Assembly (NCBI GenBank): GCA_012026935.1
Contig: VEPI01000001.1
Span: 26,464-90,463, forward strand
Source of the DNA: Melioribacter sp.
Lineage (GTDB): Bacteria; Bacteroidota; Ignavibacteria; Ignavibacteriales; Melioribacteraceae
Direction of reading: 5' to 3'
DNA length: 64,000 nt
The first letter of the stretch is position 1. Each line of letters begins with the position of its first letter. Under the pieces are notes generated by a model. The model was given only the letters and a program-made list of their open reading frames with translations, did no database searches and was not told the origin of the DNA. Shown one piece after another: positions 46,501 to 55,746 of the stretch. The position numbers and the translations under genes were made by a program.

Positions 46501-47981
46501 GGAGTATCATCGCCCATAGAGCCGACAGACTCTTTTCCGCTCTCTGCCATAGGGATTATGAAACGTTCAAGATCTTCTTTATCAAATCCGAATGCTATAC
46601 GCAGCCGTTTATCAAATCCTTCTTCAGGCATACCAAATTCGCCAAACTCTTCATAATCATTTCCTCGTTCGAGTGCTGATAAATTATTCTTAACCTTTTC
46701 TGAATAATTATCATTGTGTGCAACAATTTGTGTTATCTCTTTATTTGTTATTATTCCACTGCCATCTAATTTGATTGCAAAATTTTCGCCGGACTTCATG
46801 TGATGGTGCAGTAAAATATTTTCTTCATCTATATCAACAACGCCCGCTTCAGAAGCCATTATGACTAATCCGTCTTTTGTCTTAGTGTAACGTAATGGAC
46901 GCAAACCATTTCTATCTAATTTTGCACCGACTATATCTCCGTCTGTAAAAACAAGTGCCGCTGGTCCATCCCACGGTTCAATAAGGTTTTCATGATAGAT
47001 ATAAAAATCTTTTAACTCCTGTTCCATACTTCTATCAAAGATGTATGGTTCCGGAATGAGCATCATTGCACTGTGGAATAAACTTCTTCCGCTTCGAACT
47101 AAGAACTCTAAAATATTATCAAGCGAATAAGAATCGCTGCCGGTTTGAGATACAATCGGCTTTAGTTCTTCAAGCCGTTCATTCCAAAAGTTGGATTTGA
47201 TTGTAGCTTCGCGTGTCTGCATCCAAAGACGATTTCCTTTAATTGTATTGATCTCGCCGTTGTGCCCCAGCATTCTAAACGGTTGAGCCATACTCCAGCT
47301 TGAAATTGTATTCGTAGAAAATCTTTCATGAAAGAGAGACACTTTTACTTTGTATTCATGTTGATTTAAATCCGAATAAAAGCGTGCGAGGTGCTGCGGT
47401 TTCATCATTCCTTTATAAACAATTGTCTTGCTTGAAAGAGAACAAATGAAAGTTTCACCATTCACTTCTATAATTTTTTTCTCTACAGATTTTCTAAGAA
47501 GGTACAGTCTTGATTCAAAATCATTGTTTACATCTTTGTCAGTAAAAAAGAATTGAACAATTAGCGGACAAGTTTCTTTTGCAATTTCGCCAAGCACCAA
47601 TTTGTTAACCGGAACATTCCTTGTGCCGATGTATTTAATATTAAGTTCGGAAGATTTCTTCTCAAACTTTATTTCCAGATCAGATAATTCCTTTTCAGTT
47701 GTAAATACCATTGCAATTGCAAGCTTCTCATCCTTAATTTTACAATCAAGCTCCTCTTCTAAAACGAGTTTGAAATATTCTTGTGGAATATCCGTTAACA
47801 GTCCTGTACCGTCGCCGGTTCTTTCATCAGTTCCGGAAGCGCCTCTATGCGACATGTTTTTTAGTGCTTCGATAGAGAGATCTATTACTCTTCGTGAAGG
47901 AATGGCTGAAAGCTCGGCAACAAACCCGATCCCGCACGCATCATGAAAATCTTGTTTAATTATATTTTTGATTTCTTGCAT
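43536..47981 (-). CDS. gltB: Glutamate synthase large subunit
   Basis: 1481 aa. It has an Ntn amidotransferase start (...CGIGFVA), an FMN/Fe-S central domain and a C-terminal GXGXG beta-helix region. Confidence 0.95.
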   Translation of the reverse strand: MQEIKNIIKQDFHDACGIGFVAELSAIPSRRVIDLSIEALKNMSHRGASGTDERTGDGTGLLTDIPQEYFKLVLEEELDCKIKDEKLAIAMVFTTEKELSDLEIKFEKKSSELNIKYIGTRNVPVNKLVLGEIAKETCPLIVQFFFTDKDVNNDFESRLYLLRKSVEKKIIEVNGETFICSLSSKTIVYKGMMKPQHLARFYSDLNQHEYKVKVSLFHERFSTNTISSWSMAQPFRMLGHNGEINTIKGNRLWMQTREATIKSNFWNERLEELKPIVSQTGSDSYSLDNILEFLVRSGRSLFHSAMMLIPEPYIFDRSMEQELKDFYIYHENLIEPWDGPAALVFTDGDIVGAKLDRNGLRPLRYTKTKDGLVIMASEAGVVDIDEENILLHHHMKSGENFAIKLDGSGIITNKEITQIVAHNDNYSEKVKNNLSALERGNDYEEFGEFGMPEEGFDKRLRIAFGFDKEDLERFIIPMAESGKESVGSMGDDTPPAFISTQSRKFYDYFKQQFAQVTNPSIDSIRERYVMSLYRYIGSESDLLNYSNTFSGAIRIDSPVLSPREVKLLLEKHYWFPHVIVKCHLNIEDNLSKRIEEIRTECENAVINGTKIIFLSDEGLQPNQVPIPMLLVVSAVHQYLIKKKLRNNCALLSFTGDVIEDHHVAALVAFGSSAVYPYMAYELIRENFADEDWIGKLSNYRNALEKGLLKIMAKMGISTVSSYHGSMLFHSIGISQTLIDGYFPSIKSALGGIDLDALKKSLLNKSKKAFSNNLELDEVGRFRFRKGGEAHGFSPTEFKKIHNVSQNKNIIVKDEEQSVYLRDFLESKKLNNVKLEEIESAEQILKKFGLGAISFGAISEETHRTLARAATILGIRSNTGEGGEQKDRYSISNPDKSENCYTKQIASGRFGVTTSYLTAAREIQIKIGQGAKPGEGGQLPGEKVTLAIANNRHTTPSVPLISPPPHHDIYSIEDLAQLIYDLKQVNPRANICVKLVSQFGIGIIASGVVKAGADTILISGNDGGTGASPLGSLKHTGLPWEIGLSEVHRTLTQNGLRNKVTLRIDGGLKNARSVIIAAMLGAEEYDFGTSALVALGCVMARQCHLNTCPAGIATQDTELRKKFKGKPENLVNYMKNIAEEIRAILAETGFKSLDEIIGRNDLLKEKNQFKKLLEEKNIDLTPLLAKDEKHNLFFNSKEKIRATAAKFEQHFSEGINEEVLPAIMTHGRAIVNRKLKNTDRAVGSRISGLISFLYGPGEFKGSIQYQLNGAAGQSLGAFLVDNIELRHCGVANDYVGKGMSGGLITIRFPRTIRKSLEGNTIIGNVALYGATGGEVFIAGKAGERFAVRNSGAAAVVEGVGNHCCEYMTRGLVIILGETGKNFGAGMTGGVAFIYNKQSSVEKDLNKEYVKIDQLKRPDEDLVYKYLVNHEFHTGSTIAESILENWEIEKNNFVKIYPRAIEAVDFTKIYDEQFNNRLLEVFN

Positions 47982-47997
47982 TTACATTACTCTCTTT

Positions 47998-49590
47998 TTA
48001 ATCAGCATAAACATGTTTTTCTTTTTCAATTTTGAAAAGCTTATAATTAACGCTGTCACACAATGCCTGCCAGCTTGCTTCAATTATATTTTCTGAAACA
48101 CCAACTGTTGACCACGTCTCAACTCCATCACCGGATTGGATTAATACTCTAACTTTTGCTGCGGTACCATGTTTCTCATTCAGCACTCGCACTTTATAGT
48201 CAATCAATTTTATTTTTGATATTTCAGGATAGAATCTTGTAAGCGCTTTTCGTAATGCGTTATCAAGTGCGTTCACGGGACCATCTCCGTTAGCCGCAGT
48301 ATGTTCAATTTCTCCGTTAACTTCAATCTTCAACACAGCTTCGGCAGAAGTCTGTTTTTGATTATCAAACGTAACATGCACTTTTGAATCCAATGTTTTG
48401 AAAAAAGGAGAGAATTCATTTGTCTCTGACCGTAATATCAATTCAAAAGAAGCTTCGGCTCCGTCAAACTGAAAACCTTCATACTCAAGTGATTTAATAT
48501 GGGCAACTAATTTTTTGCTTAATTCATTATCCTCGGAAAGATCTATTCCAAATTCTTTTGCTTTGTACTTGATATTACTTTGCCCTGATAAATCCGAAAT
48601 TAAAACACGCTGTTTATTTCCGACTTTATTCGGTTCAATATGTTCATACATTTTGTTGTCTTTCATTACAGCGCTGACATGGATTCCGCCTTTATGTGCG
48701 AATGCGGAATTGCCGACGTAAGCCGCGCGCGTGTTTGGAACTAAATTCATTACTTCAAAAACAAAATTCGAGAGCGGTGTTAATTCATTCAGATTAATTT
48801 CATTTTTAGTTTTCAAATTCATTTTCAAAATTAGATTAGGGATTATACTTACAAGATTTGCATTGCCGCATCTTTCGCCTACTCCGTTTATTGTTCCTTG
48901 TACATGTAATGCGCCGTTTTCAATTGCGGTTAACGAATTTGCAACTGCAAGTTCACTATCGTTGTGAGTATGAATTCCTATTGGTTTTCTAATTGCACTT
49001 TTTACTCTAAGAACTGCCGTCATTATTTCGTGCGGAAGTGACCCGCCGTTCGTATCACAGAGAGTAATTACATCTGCACCGGCTTCTTCAGCAGCTTTTA
49101 TCATACGAAGAGCAAATTGTTCATTATCCTTAAATCCATCAAAGAAATGTTCGGCATCAAATATCACTCTTCTTCCGTGTTCATTTAGATACTGTACCGA
49201 TTTAAAAATTAATTCTTCATTTTCATCTTCGGTTAAACCAAGTCCTTTTTCAGCATGGAATTTCCATGTCTTGCCGAAAATTGAAACTGTAGAAGTTTCT
49301 GCTTTTAAAAGAGCGTTTAAATTTATGTCTGAGGAAATCTTATTTGGAAACCTTGCCGTAGATCCGAAAGCACAAATTTGTGCTCTCTTCAAATTCAACT
49401 TTTTTACTTTTTGAAAAAATTCCTCATCGCGGGGATTACTGCCCGGCCAGCCGCCTTCAATAATATCTATTCCGAATTCATCGAGTTTTTGGGAAATGGC
49501 AAGTTTATCATTAATTGACAAATTAATTCCTTCACCTTGAGTTCCATCACGAAGTGTAGTGTCAAATAATTCAATGTAATTTGATTTCAT
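47998..49590 (-). CDS. cimA: (R)-citramalate synthase (LeuA-related, CimA type)
   Basis: 530 aa. N-terminus ELFDTTLRDGTQGEG, HxH motif IHTHND, and a LeuA-dimer-like C-terminal regulatory domain. It is a second LeuA paralogue in the same operon as a canonical leuA. Confidence 0.7.
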   Translation of the reverse strand: MKSNYIELFDTTLRDGTQGEGINLSINDKLAISQKLDEFGIDIIEGGWPGSNPRDEEFFQKVKKLNLKRAQICAFGSTARFPNKISSDINLNALLKAETSTVSIFGKTWKFHAEKGLGLTEDENEELIFKSVQYLNEHGRRVIFDAEHFFDGFKDNEQFALRMIKAAEEAGADVITLCDTNGGSLPHEIMTAVLRVKSAIRKPIGIHTHNDSELAVANSLTAIENGALHVQGTINGVGERCGNANLVSIIPNLILKMNLKTKNEINLNELTPLSNFVFEVMNLVPNTRAAYVGNSAFAHKGGIHVSAVMKDNKMYEHIEPNKVGNKQRVLISDLSGQSNIKYKAKEFGIDLSEDNELSKKLVAHIKSLEYEGFQFDGAEASFELILRSETNEFSPFFKTLDSKVHVTFDNQKQTSAEAVLKIEVNGEIEHTAANGDGPVNALDNALRKALTRFYPEISKIKLIDYKVRVLNEKHGTAAKVRVLIQSGDGVETWSTVGVSENIIEASWQALCDSVNYKLFKIEKEKHVYAD

Positions 49591-49606
49591 TTTTTTCTCT
49601 GATCTT

Positions 49607-50167
49607 TTAATTAATCATTCCGCTATTTTTTGCAAATGCAAACAAACCGCCGGCTTCAACTATTTCAAAAACATCACCAAGCGGAGTAAGCTTATAACTT
49701 TTTCCATCAGCAGTATTTTTAATTATGTTCGCATCAATATCTATTTCAATTGTGTTTCCGGTTTTTATTTTATCATTTAGTTTTATTGAACATTCATAAG
49801 GAATAACAAATCCGCCGTCAACGGAATTTCGGAAAAAAATTCTTGCATACGATTCAGCCACAACGACTTTTACTCCAGCAATTTGAAGAGCAAGCGGAGC
49901 GTGTTCGCGTGATGAGCCGCATCCAAAATTTGTTCCGCCGATAACAATGCTGTATTCCGACTGATAATTATCTCCGGAAATAAATTGTTTCCCTCCATCA
50001 GGTAGACCGGCTTGATTCAGCGGCACACTTGAAAGTGCAAAGTGTCCATATTTCTTTATTTCTTCAGGATCGCTTGTGCTGAAAACCAAATGTTCTGCCG
50101 GAATAATTTGATCAGTATCAACGTTATTACCAAGAACATATGCTTTACCGATAATTTTCTTTTCCAT
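49607..50167 (-). CDS. leuD: 3-isopropylmalate / citramalate isomerase small subunit
   Basis: 186 aa with an aconitase swivel domain (GTNFGCGSSREHA). Confidence 0.85.
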   Translation of the reverse strand: MEKKIIGKAYVLGNNVDTDQIIPAEHLVFSTSDPEEIKKYGHFALSSVPLNQAGLPDGGKQFISGDNYQSEYSIVIGGTNFGCGSSREHAPLALQIAGVKVVVAESYARIFFRNSVDGGFVIPYECSIKLNDKIKTGNTIEIDIDANIIKNTADGKSYKLTPLGDVFEIVEAGGLFAFAKNSGMIN

Positions 50168-50178
50168 TTCTTTTCCTT

Positions 50179-51474
50179 TTATAAAAATTCTCTTGGATCA
50201 GTTATGAAACCATTTATAGCAGAAGCCGCAACAGTTAAAGGTGATGCAAGATAAACTTGCGATGCTTTGCTGCCCATTCTTCCCGGAAAATTTCTGTTGG
50301 TTGTTGATATTACCACATCGCCATCAATGCTTCTTCCGATTGTATCCGAAGGTCCGCCGAGACAAGCTGCACAAGATGATTCGGCAATTATACATCCCGC
50401 TTTTTCAAAAATATCTTTTAAGGAAACGCCATTTATTGTTTCTTCTTCTAACTGTTTTGCAACCGCGGTACTCGCGGGAACAATAAATGTTGTTACATTA
50501 ACTTGTTTTCCAAAAAGTAAATTTGCTGCGTATCTAAAATCCGTAATCTTTCCGCCCGTGCATGAACCTATATAACACTTTGTTAATTTTGTTCCTTCTA
50601 CATTTCGAACCGTATCTCGATTATCCGGACTGTGCGGCTTTGCAACTAAAGGCTCAATCTTAGAAACATCATAAGAATATTTTGAATGATAGACCGCATC
50701 AACATCACTTTTGAAAATTTCATAATCCGTAACACCGATCTCATTTAAATATTGTTGTGTAACTTCATCAACAGCAATAATTCCGTTCATACCTCCGGCT
50801 TCAATAGCCATGTTGGTTAATGTCATACGTTCGTACATTGATAAAGATGAAATTGCTTCACCTTCAAATTCCATTGCTCGATATGTTGCACCATCTGTAG
50901 TAATGTCTCCCAGAATTTGCAGAATCAAATCTTTAGCGGTTAAATACCCGGGCATTTTTCCATTGAAAGTAAATTTCATTGACTCGGGAACTTTCTCCCA
51001 GATTTTTCCAGTACCGAGTATAAATGCAGCATCGGTATTGCCAACTCCTGTTGCAAACATTCCAAACGCGCCGGATGTACATGTGTGTGAATCAGTTCCG
51101 AACAATACGGTTCCCGGAACATTATACCCTTCCTCTGCAAGTGCTATATGGCAAACGCCTTTGTAACGTTCGGTTCCAATATCATAATAGTTCGGCAAAT
51201 TGTATTCGCCGGCAAATTGACGAAGAATGTCTACATTTCTGTTTGCATGTACATTTTTTGTAAAGATGTAATGATCCGGAAAGATCACTAATTTTTCTTT
51301 ATCCCAAATCTTAGCTCTTTCCCCAAATTCCTTTTTCCAGATTGCGATTGTCGGGGGACCGCAGACATCGTGAGTCATAAGAACATCAACATCAAGCCAA
51401 ATGTTATCGCCGGCTTTTACTGCTTCACGTTTTGCCGCTTTAGCCAGAATTTTTTCAGTAATTGTCAAACCCAT
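50179..51474 (-). CDS. leuC: 3-isopropylmalate / citramalate isomerase large subunit (short, archaeal-type LeuC)
   Basis: 431 aa. Aconitase-family Fe-S ligand regions are present (GTDSHT, IGSCTGG, CAACLGG). Confidence 0.85.
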   Translation of the reverse strand: MGLTITEKILAKAAKREAVKAGDNIWLDVDVLMTHDVCGPPTIAIWKKEFGERAKIWDKEKLVIFPDHYIFTKNVHANRNVDILRQFAGEYNLPNYYDIGTERYKGVCHIALAEEGYNVPGTVLFGTDSHTCTSGAFGMFATGVGNTDAAFILGTGKIWEKVPESMKFTFNGKMPGYLTAKDLILQILGDITTDGATYRAMEFEGEAISSLSMYERMTLTNMAIEAGGMNGIIAVDEVTQQYLNEIGVTDYEIFKSDVDAVYHSKYSYDVSKIEPLVAKPHSPDNRDTVRNVEGTKLTKCYIGSCTGGKITDFRYAANLLFGKQVNVTTFIVPASTAVAKQLEEETINGVSLKDIFEKAGCIIAESSCAACLGGPSDTIGRSIDGDVVISTTNRNFPGRMGSKASQVYLASPLTVAASAINGFITDPREFL

Positions 51475-51491
51475 AAAAATTTCCTTTGCCG

Positions 51492-53066
51492 TTACTTAAT
51501 CGAAATTCCGTTTTCGTTTATCTCAACTTTAGTATTACAATAAACATTAAACTGATTTATTGCTTGCAGATACGCTTTTGCGCTTGCTTCAATTATATCC
51601 GTTGAAGTTCCTCTTCCGGTAAAGGAATTTTCACCGCTTCTAATTCTTATTATGGATTCACCAAGCGCCTGTCTTCCGGATGTAACGGAACGAACACTGT
51701 ATGATTCTACTGTCGGTTTAATATCAAGTGCTCTTTCAATCGCATTGAATACAGCATCAACCGGACCGTCACCTGTTGATGATTCTTGAATAACATTTTC
51801 ACCCGTTTTAATTCTAACAGTTGCAGTCGGAACAGTCTTTGTCCCTGCGTTAACGTGCATATATTCCAGCTCATACAATTCTTCTTCTTTATAAATTTCA
51901 TCTCCCATTAAAACACGCAGGTCATCATCAAATACTTCTTTCTTTTTATCTGCAAGTTCAAGAAATGCATCGTACGCTTTTTGTAATTCTTCTTCAGTAA
52001 TCTGATAACCAAGTTCCTTCAGCCGGATTTTTAATCCGTGTCTCCCTGAATGTCTCCCAAGAACTATTTTTGTTTTACCTACTCCCACCGATTCCGGTGT
52101 CATGATCTCGTAAGTCTGTCTATCTTTTAACATTCCGTCTTGATGAATCCCGGATTCATGTGCAAATGCATTCTCTCCAACGATTGCTTTGTTGGGTTGA
52201 ACTACAATTCCTGTAAAACCGGAAACCATTTTGCTTGTATTATAAATTTCAGAATAATTTACGTTCGTGAAATAATTAACAATATCTTTTCTCACTTTCA
52301 GCGCCATAACTATTTCTTCTAGTGAAGCATTTCCTGCACGTTCACCAATTCCGTTGATTGTACATTCAACTTGCCGCGCACCGTTTTGAATTGCCGAAAT
52401 TGAATTTGCAACAGCCAAACCAAGATCGTTATGGCAATGAACGCTGATGATTGCTTTATCAATATTCTTCACGCGTTTTTTCAATTCAGCTATTTTATTC
52501 CCAAACTCAGATGGGAAATTGTATCCGGTTGTATCGGGAATATTAACTGTAGTTGCCCCCGCCTCAATTGCCGTTTCAATAATATCCGCCAAGTAACCGA
52601 TATCTGTTCTTCCTGCATCTTCAGCAGAAAACTCAACATCCTTAACAAAAGTTTTTGCATAAGCGACTGAATCGTACGACATCTTTAAAACTGTTTTTCT
52701 TTTTTCTTCTAATGTGATTCCATATTTGCTGTCACCAAATTTCCCAAGTATATGTATATCGGAAGTGCTTGAAAAAGTATGAATGCGCGGACTCTTTGCA
52801 TTCCGCAGCGCTTCGAATGCTGATTTGATATCAACTTCTTTTGCGCGTGCTAATCCAGCTATAATAACTTCCGATTCATTTGCAATTCTTTGAACTGCTT
52901 CAAATTGTGCGGGAGAAGAAACGGGAAAACCTGCTTCGATAACATCAACTTTAAGTGCGGCCAGTTGCCGTGCTATTTCTAATTTCTCAAATACATTCAG
53001 CGATGCCCCCGGAGATTGTTCACCGTCTCTTAATGTTGTATCGAAGATTAAAATTCGTTCGTTCAT
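51492..53066 (-). CDS. leuA: 2-isopropylmalate synthase
   Basis: 524 aa. Motifs: IFDTTLRDGEQSPG and HCHNDLG, plus a C-terminal LeuA allosteric domain. Confidence 0.9.
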   Translation of the reverse strand: MNERILIFDTTLRDGEQSPGASLNVFEKLEIARQLAALKVDVIEAGFPVSSPAQFEAVQRIANESEVIIAGLARAKEVDIKSAFEALRNAKSPRIHTFSSTSDIHILGKFGDSKYGITLEEKRKTVLKMSYDSVAYAKTFVKDVEFSAEDAGRTDIGYLADIIETAIEAGATTVNIPDTTGYNFPSEFGNKIAELKKRVKNIDKAIISVHCHNDLGLAVANSISAIQNGARQVECTINGIGERAGNASLEEIVMALKVRKDIVNYFTNVNYSEIYNTSKMVSGFTGIVVQPNKAIVGENAFAHESGIHQDGMLKDRQTYEIMTPESVGVGKTKIVLGRHSGRHGLKIRLKELGYQITEEELQKAYDAFLELADKKKEVFDDDLRVLMGDEIYKEEELYELEYMHVNAGTKTVPTATVRIKTGENVIQESSTGDGPVDAVFNAIERALDIKPTVESYSVRSVTSGRQALGESIIRIRSGENSFTGRGTSTDIIEASAKAYLQAINQFNVYCNTKVEINENGISIK

Positions 53067-53107
53067 TACTATACCTTTAGTTTAGCTAATTACTTTTTGT
53101 TACCTTC

Positions 53108-54205
53108 TTAAAGAGTAAAAACACCTAATGCCTGTTCATTAAAAATATCTGTGTAGTATCCCGTCACGTAATTTGTCATCTGACCGGTCGAAACTAATTC
53201 ACATCCTTCCGAAAAAATATCTGCCGTGCGGTAACCGTTTGCTAAAGTACGTTCAATTGCCATCTCAATTATTTCAGCTGCTTTCTGCATTTGGAATGAA
53301 TAATTAAACATCATTGCCGCCGAAGAAATTGCCGCAAGCGGATTTGCTTTTCCTTTCCCTGCTATATCAGGAGCGCTTCCATGAACCGGTTCATATAATG
53401 CATACTTACTTCCAATACTTGCAGAGGGAAGCATTCCTAAACTTCCGGTAATCATTCCGGCTATGTCGCTTAAAATATCTCCGAATAAATTTGATGTAAG
53501 TAGCACATCAAACTGTCTTGGATTATGAACTATTTGCATTGCTGCATTATCAACATACATATCGGTCAGCTGAACATCGGGATAATCTTTATGAACTTCG
53601 TGAACAATATTTCTCCAGAATTGAGAAACTTCAAGAACATTTGCTTTATCAACTGAAGCAACTTTTTTATTTCTTTCGCTTGCAAATTTAAAAGCCATTC
53701 TTGCAATGCGCTCAACTTCCTCATGGGAATAAACCATAGTATTGAATCCGCGTTTATCATCAAAACCTCGCGGTTCACCAAAATAAATTCCACCGGTTAA
53801 TTCGCGCATTACAATAAAATCCGTTCCATCCAGAACTTCTTTCTTCAATGTTGACGAGTCAATCAAAGCATCATAAATTTTTGCAGGACGAATATTAGCA
53901 TACAGTCCTAATGATTTTCTAAGTTTGAGTAATGCAGCTTCAGGTTTTAAGTGATGCGGAAGCTTTTCCCATTTAGGTCCTCCAACTGCACCAAGAAAAA
54001 CAGCATCGGAATCGTAACAAGCTTGAATTGTTTCATCGGTTAGAGGCGTTTGATTTTTATCGTAAGAAGAACCGCCAATTAACTGCTCATTAAACTCAAG
54101 AGTCACGTTAAAGCTTTCCGCAACTGTTTTCATTACCTGTACAGCTGCACGTGTTACTTCCTGGCCGATTCCGTCTCCGGGAAGCAAAGCAATTTTGTAT
54201 CTCAT
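53108..54205 (-). CDS. leuB: 3-isopropylmalate dehydrogenase
   Basis: 365 aa. Motifs: [10 protein letters not shown] and NLFGDILSD. Confidence 0.95.
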   Translation of the reverse strand: MRYKIALLPGDGIGQEVTRAAVQVMKTVAESFNVTLEFNEQLIGGSSYDKNQTPLTDETIQACYDSDAVFLGAVGGPKWEKLPHHLKPEAALLKLRKSLGLYANIRPAKIYDALIDSSTLKKEVLDGTDFIVMRELTGGIYFGEPRGFDDKRGFNTMVYSHEEVERIARMAFKFASERNKKVASVDKANVLEVSQFWRNIVHEVHKDYPDVQLTDMYVDNAAMQIVHNPRQFDVLLTSNLFGDILSDIAGMITGSLGMLPSASIGSKYALYEPVHGSAPDIAGKGKANPLAAISSAAMMFNYSFQMQKAAEIIEMAIERTLANGYRTADIFSEGCELVSTGQMTNYVTGYYTDIFNEQALGVFTL

Positions 54206-55218
54206 ACACCAACCTCTTCCTTAGGATTTTTCTTAAAGAGCCAGCTCATCATCCCTCTAAGCTTTGCACCAACTACTTCTATCGAATGTTCTCTGTTTTC
54301 TTTTCTCATTTGATTAAATTTTGAAGCACCGGAGTTATATTCTTCCAACCACTCCTTCGCAAATTTTCCGCTTTGAACTTCTTCCAATATTTTTTTCATT
54401 TCTTTTTTTGTTTCATTAGTAATTAATCTTGGACCTCTTGACATACCGCCGTATTCTGCGGTATCGCTCACGGAATAATTCATTCTTGAAAGTCCTCCTT
54501 CATAATAAAGATCAACGATCAATTTCATTTCATGCATACATTCAAAGTAAGCTAACTCAGCAGGATAACCGGCATCTACTAGTGTTTCGAACCCAGCTTT
54601 AATAAGTTGTGCAGAACCTCCGCATAAAACTGCCTGCTCACCGAATAAATCTGTTTCAGTTTCATCTTTAAAATTTGTTTCAATTACACCAGCACGCGCG
54701 CCGCCAATTCCTTTTGCCCAAGCAAGAGCTAAATCTTTTGTCTCTCCAGATGGATCTTGATGAACTGCTATCAGACATGGAACACCGGAACCTTCCAAAT
54801 ATGTTCTGCGTACCAAATGACCCGGACCTTTCGGTGCAATCATCATTATATTAATATTTGATGGAGGAACGATTTGTTTGTAGTGAATATTAAATCCGTG
54901 ACCGAATGCAAGAGTGTCTCCCGATTTTAAATATGGTGCAACTTCAGCATCATAAACTGCTTTCTGATTTTGATCAGGAAGAAGAATCATAATCACTTCG
55001 CCCCATTTAACGGCATCTGCAACAGTCTTAACATTTAATCCGGCTTTTTCCGCTTTTTGCCATGATGCAGATGAAGTTCTTAAACCAACACAAACATTCA
55101 TTCCGCTGTCTTTAAGATTTAAACTGTGCGCGTGTCCTTGGCTGCCAAATCCCAGTACGGCAATTTTTTTTGATTTAAGCAATTCAAGATTTGCATCCTG
55201 CTCATAGTAAACTTTCAT
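54202..55218 (-). CDS. ilvC: Ketol-acid reductoisomerase
   Basis: 338 aa. Motif [13 protein letters not shown]. Its stop overlaps the leuB start by 4 nt. Confidence 0.95.
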   Translation of the reverse strand: MKVYYEQDANLELLKSKKIAVLGFGSQGHAHSLNLKDSGMNVCVGLRTSSASWQKAEKAGLNVKTVADAVKWGEVIMILLPDQNQKAVYDAEVAPYLKSGDTLAFGHGFNIHYKQIVPPSNINIMMIAPKGPGHLVRRTYLEGSGVPCLIAVHQDPSGETKDLALAWAKGIGGARAGVIETNFKDETETDLFGEQAVLCGGSAQLIKAGFETLVDAGYPAELAYFECMHEMKLIVDLYYEGGLSRMNYSVSDTAEYGGMSRGPRLITNETKKEMKKILEEVQSGKFAKEWLEEYNSGASKFNQMRKENREHSIEVVGAKLRGMMSWLFKKNPKEEVGV

Positions 55219-55236
55219 TTTATGATTCCTCTTTTA

Positions 55237-55746
55237 TTATGTAATATTTTCTTTTTTATGAATTTTAACTTGCTCGCCCCGTTTTAAAGCAACTATTCCG
55301 CTTCGTGCCATTTCTTTAATTCCAAACGGTGCAAGAACATTAACGGCAGCATCAATTTTATCCGGTGGTCCGGTAATTTCAATCATCATGGATTTATTTG
55401 TGATGTCAACAATATTTCCGCGGAAGATGTCACAAATATTTTTTATTTCTTCCATTGAGCCTTTATGAATTCCAATATTGATCAAAGCAAGCTCACGTTC
55501 AACATGATAAACTTCAGCAAGATCAACAACCTTGATTGTATCTATTAATCTGTTCAACTGCTTAACAACTTGATCTATTATCTGGTCGTCACCTTCGGTA
55601 ACAATTGTCATACGGGACACTTCTGAAATTTCGGTTTCACCGACAGAAATACTTTTGATATTAAATCCTTTCCCGCTGAACATTGTCGCAACGCGGTCAA
55701 ACGCACCGAAACGGTTTTCTACAAGGACAGAAATTGTATGCTTCAT
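55237..55746 (-). CDS. ilvN: Acetolactate synthase small (regulatory) subunit
   Basis: 169 aa. It has an ACT-domain N-terminus (HTISVLVENRFGAFDRV). It abuts ilvB with no gap. Confidence 0.9.
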   Translation of the reverse strand: MKHTISVLVENRFGAFDRVATMFSGKGFNIKSISVGETEISEVSRMTIVTEGDDQIIDQVVKQLNRLIDTIKVVDLAEVYHVERELALINIGIHKGSMEEIKNICDIFRGNIVDITNKSMMIEITGPPDKIDAAVNVLAPFGIKEMARSGIVALKRGEQVKIHKKENIT

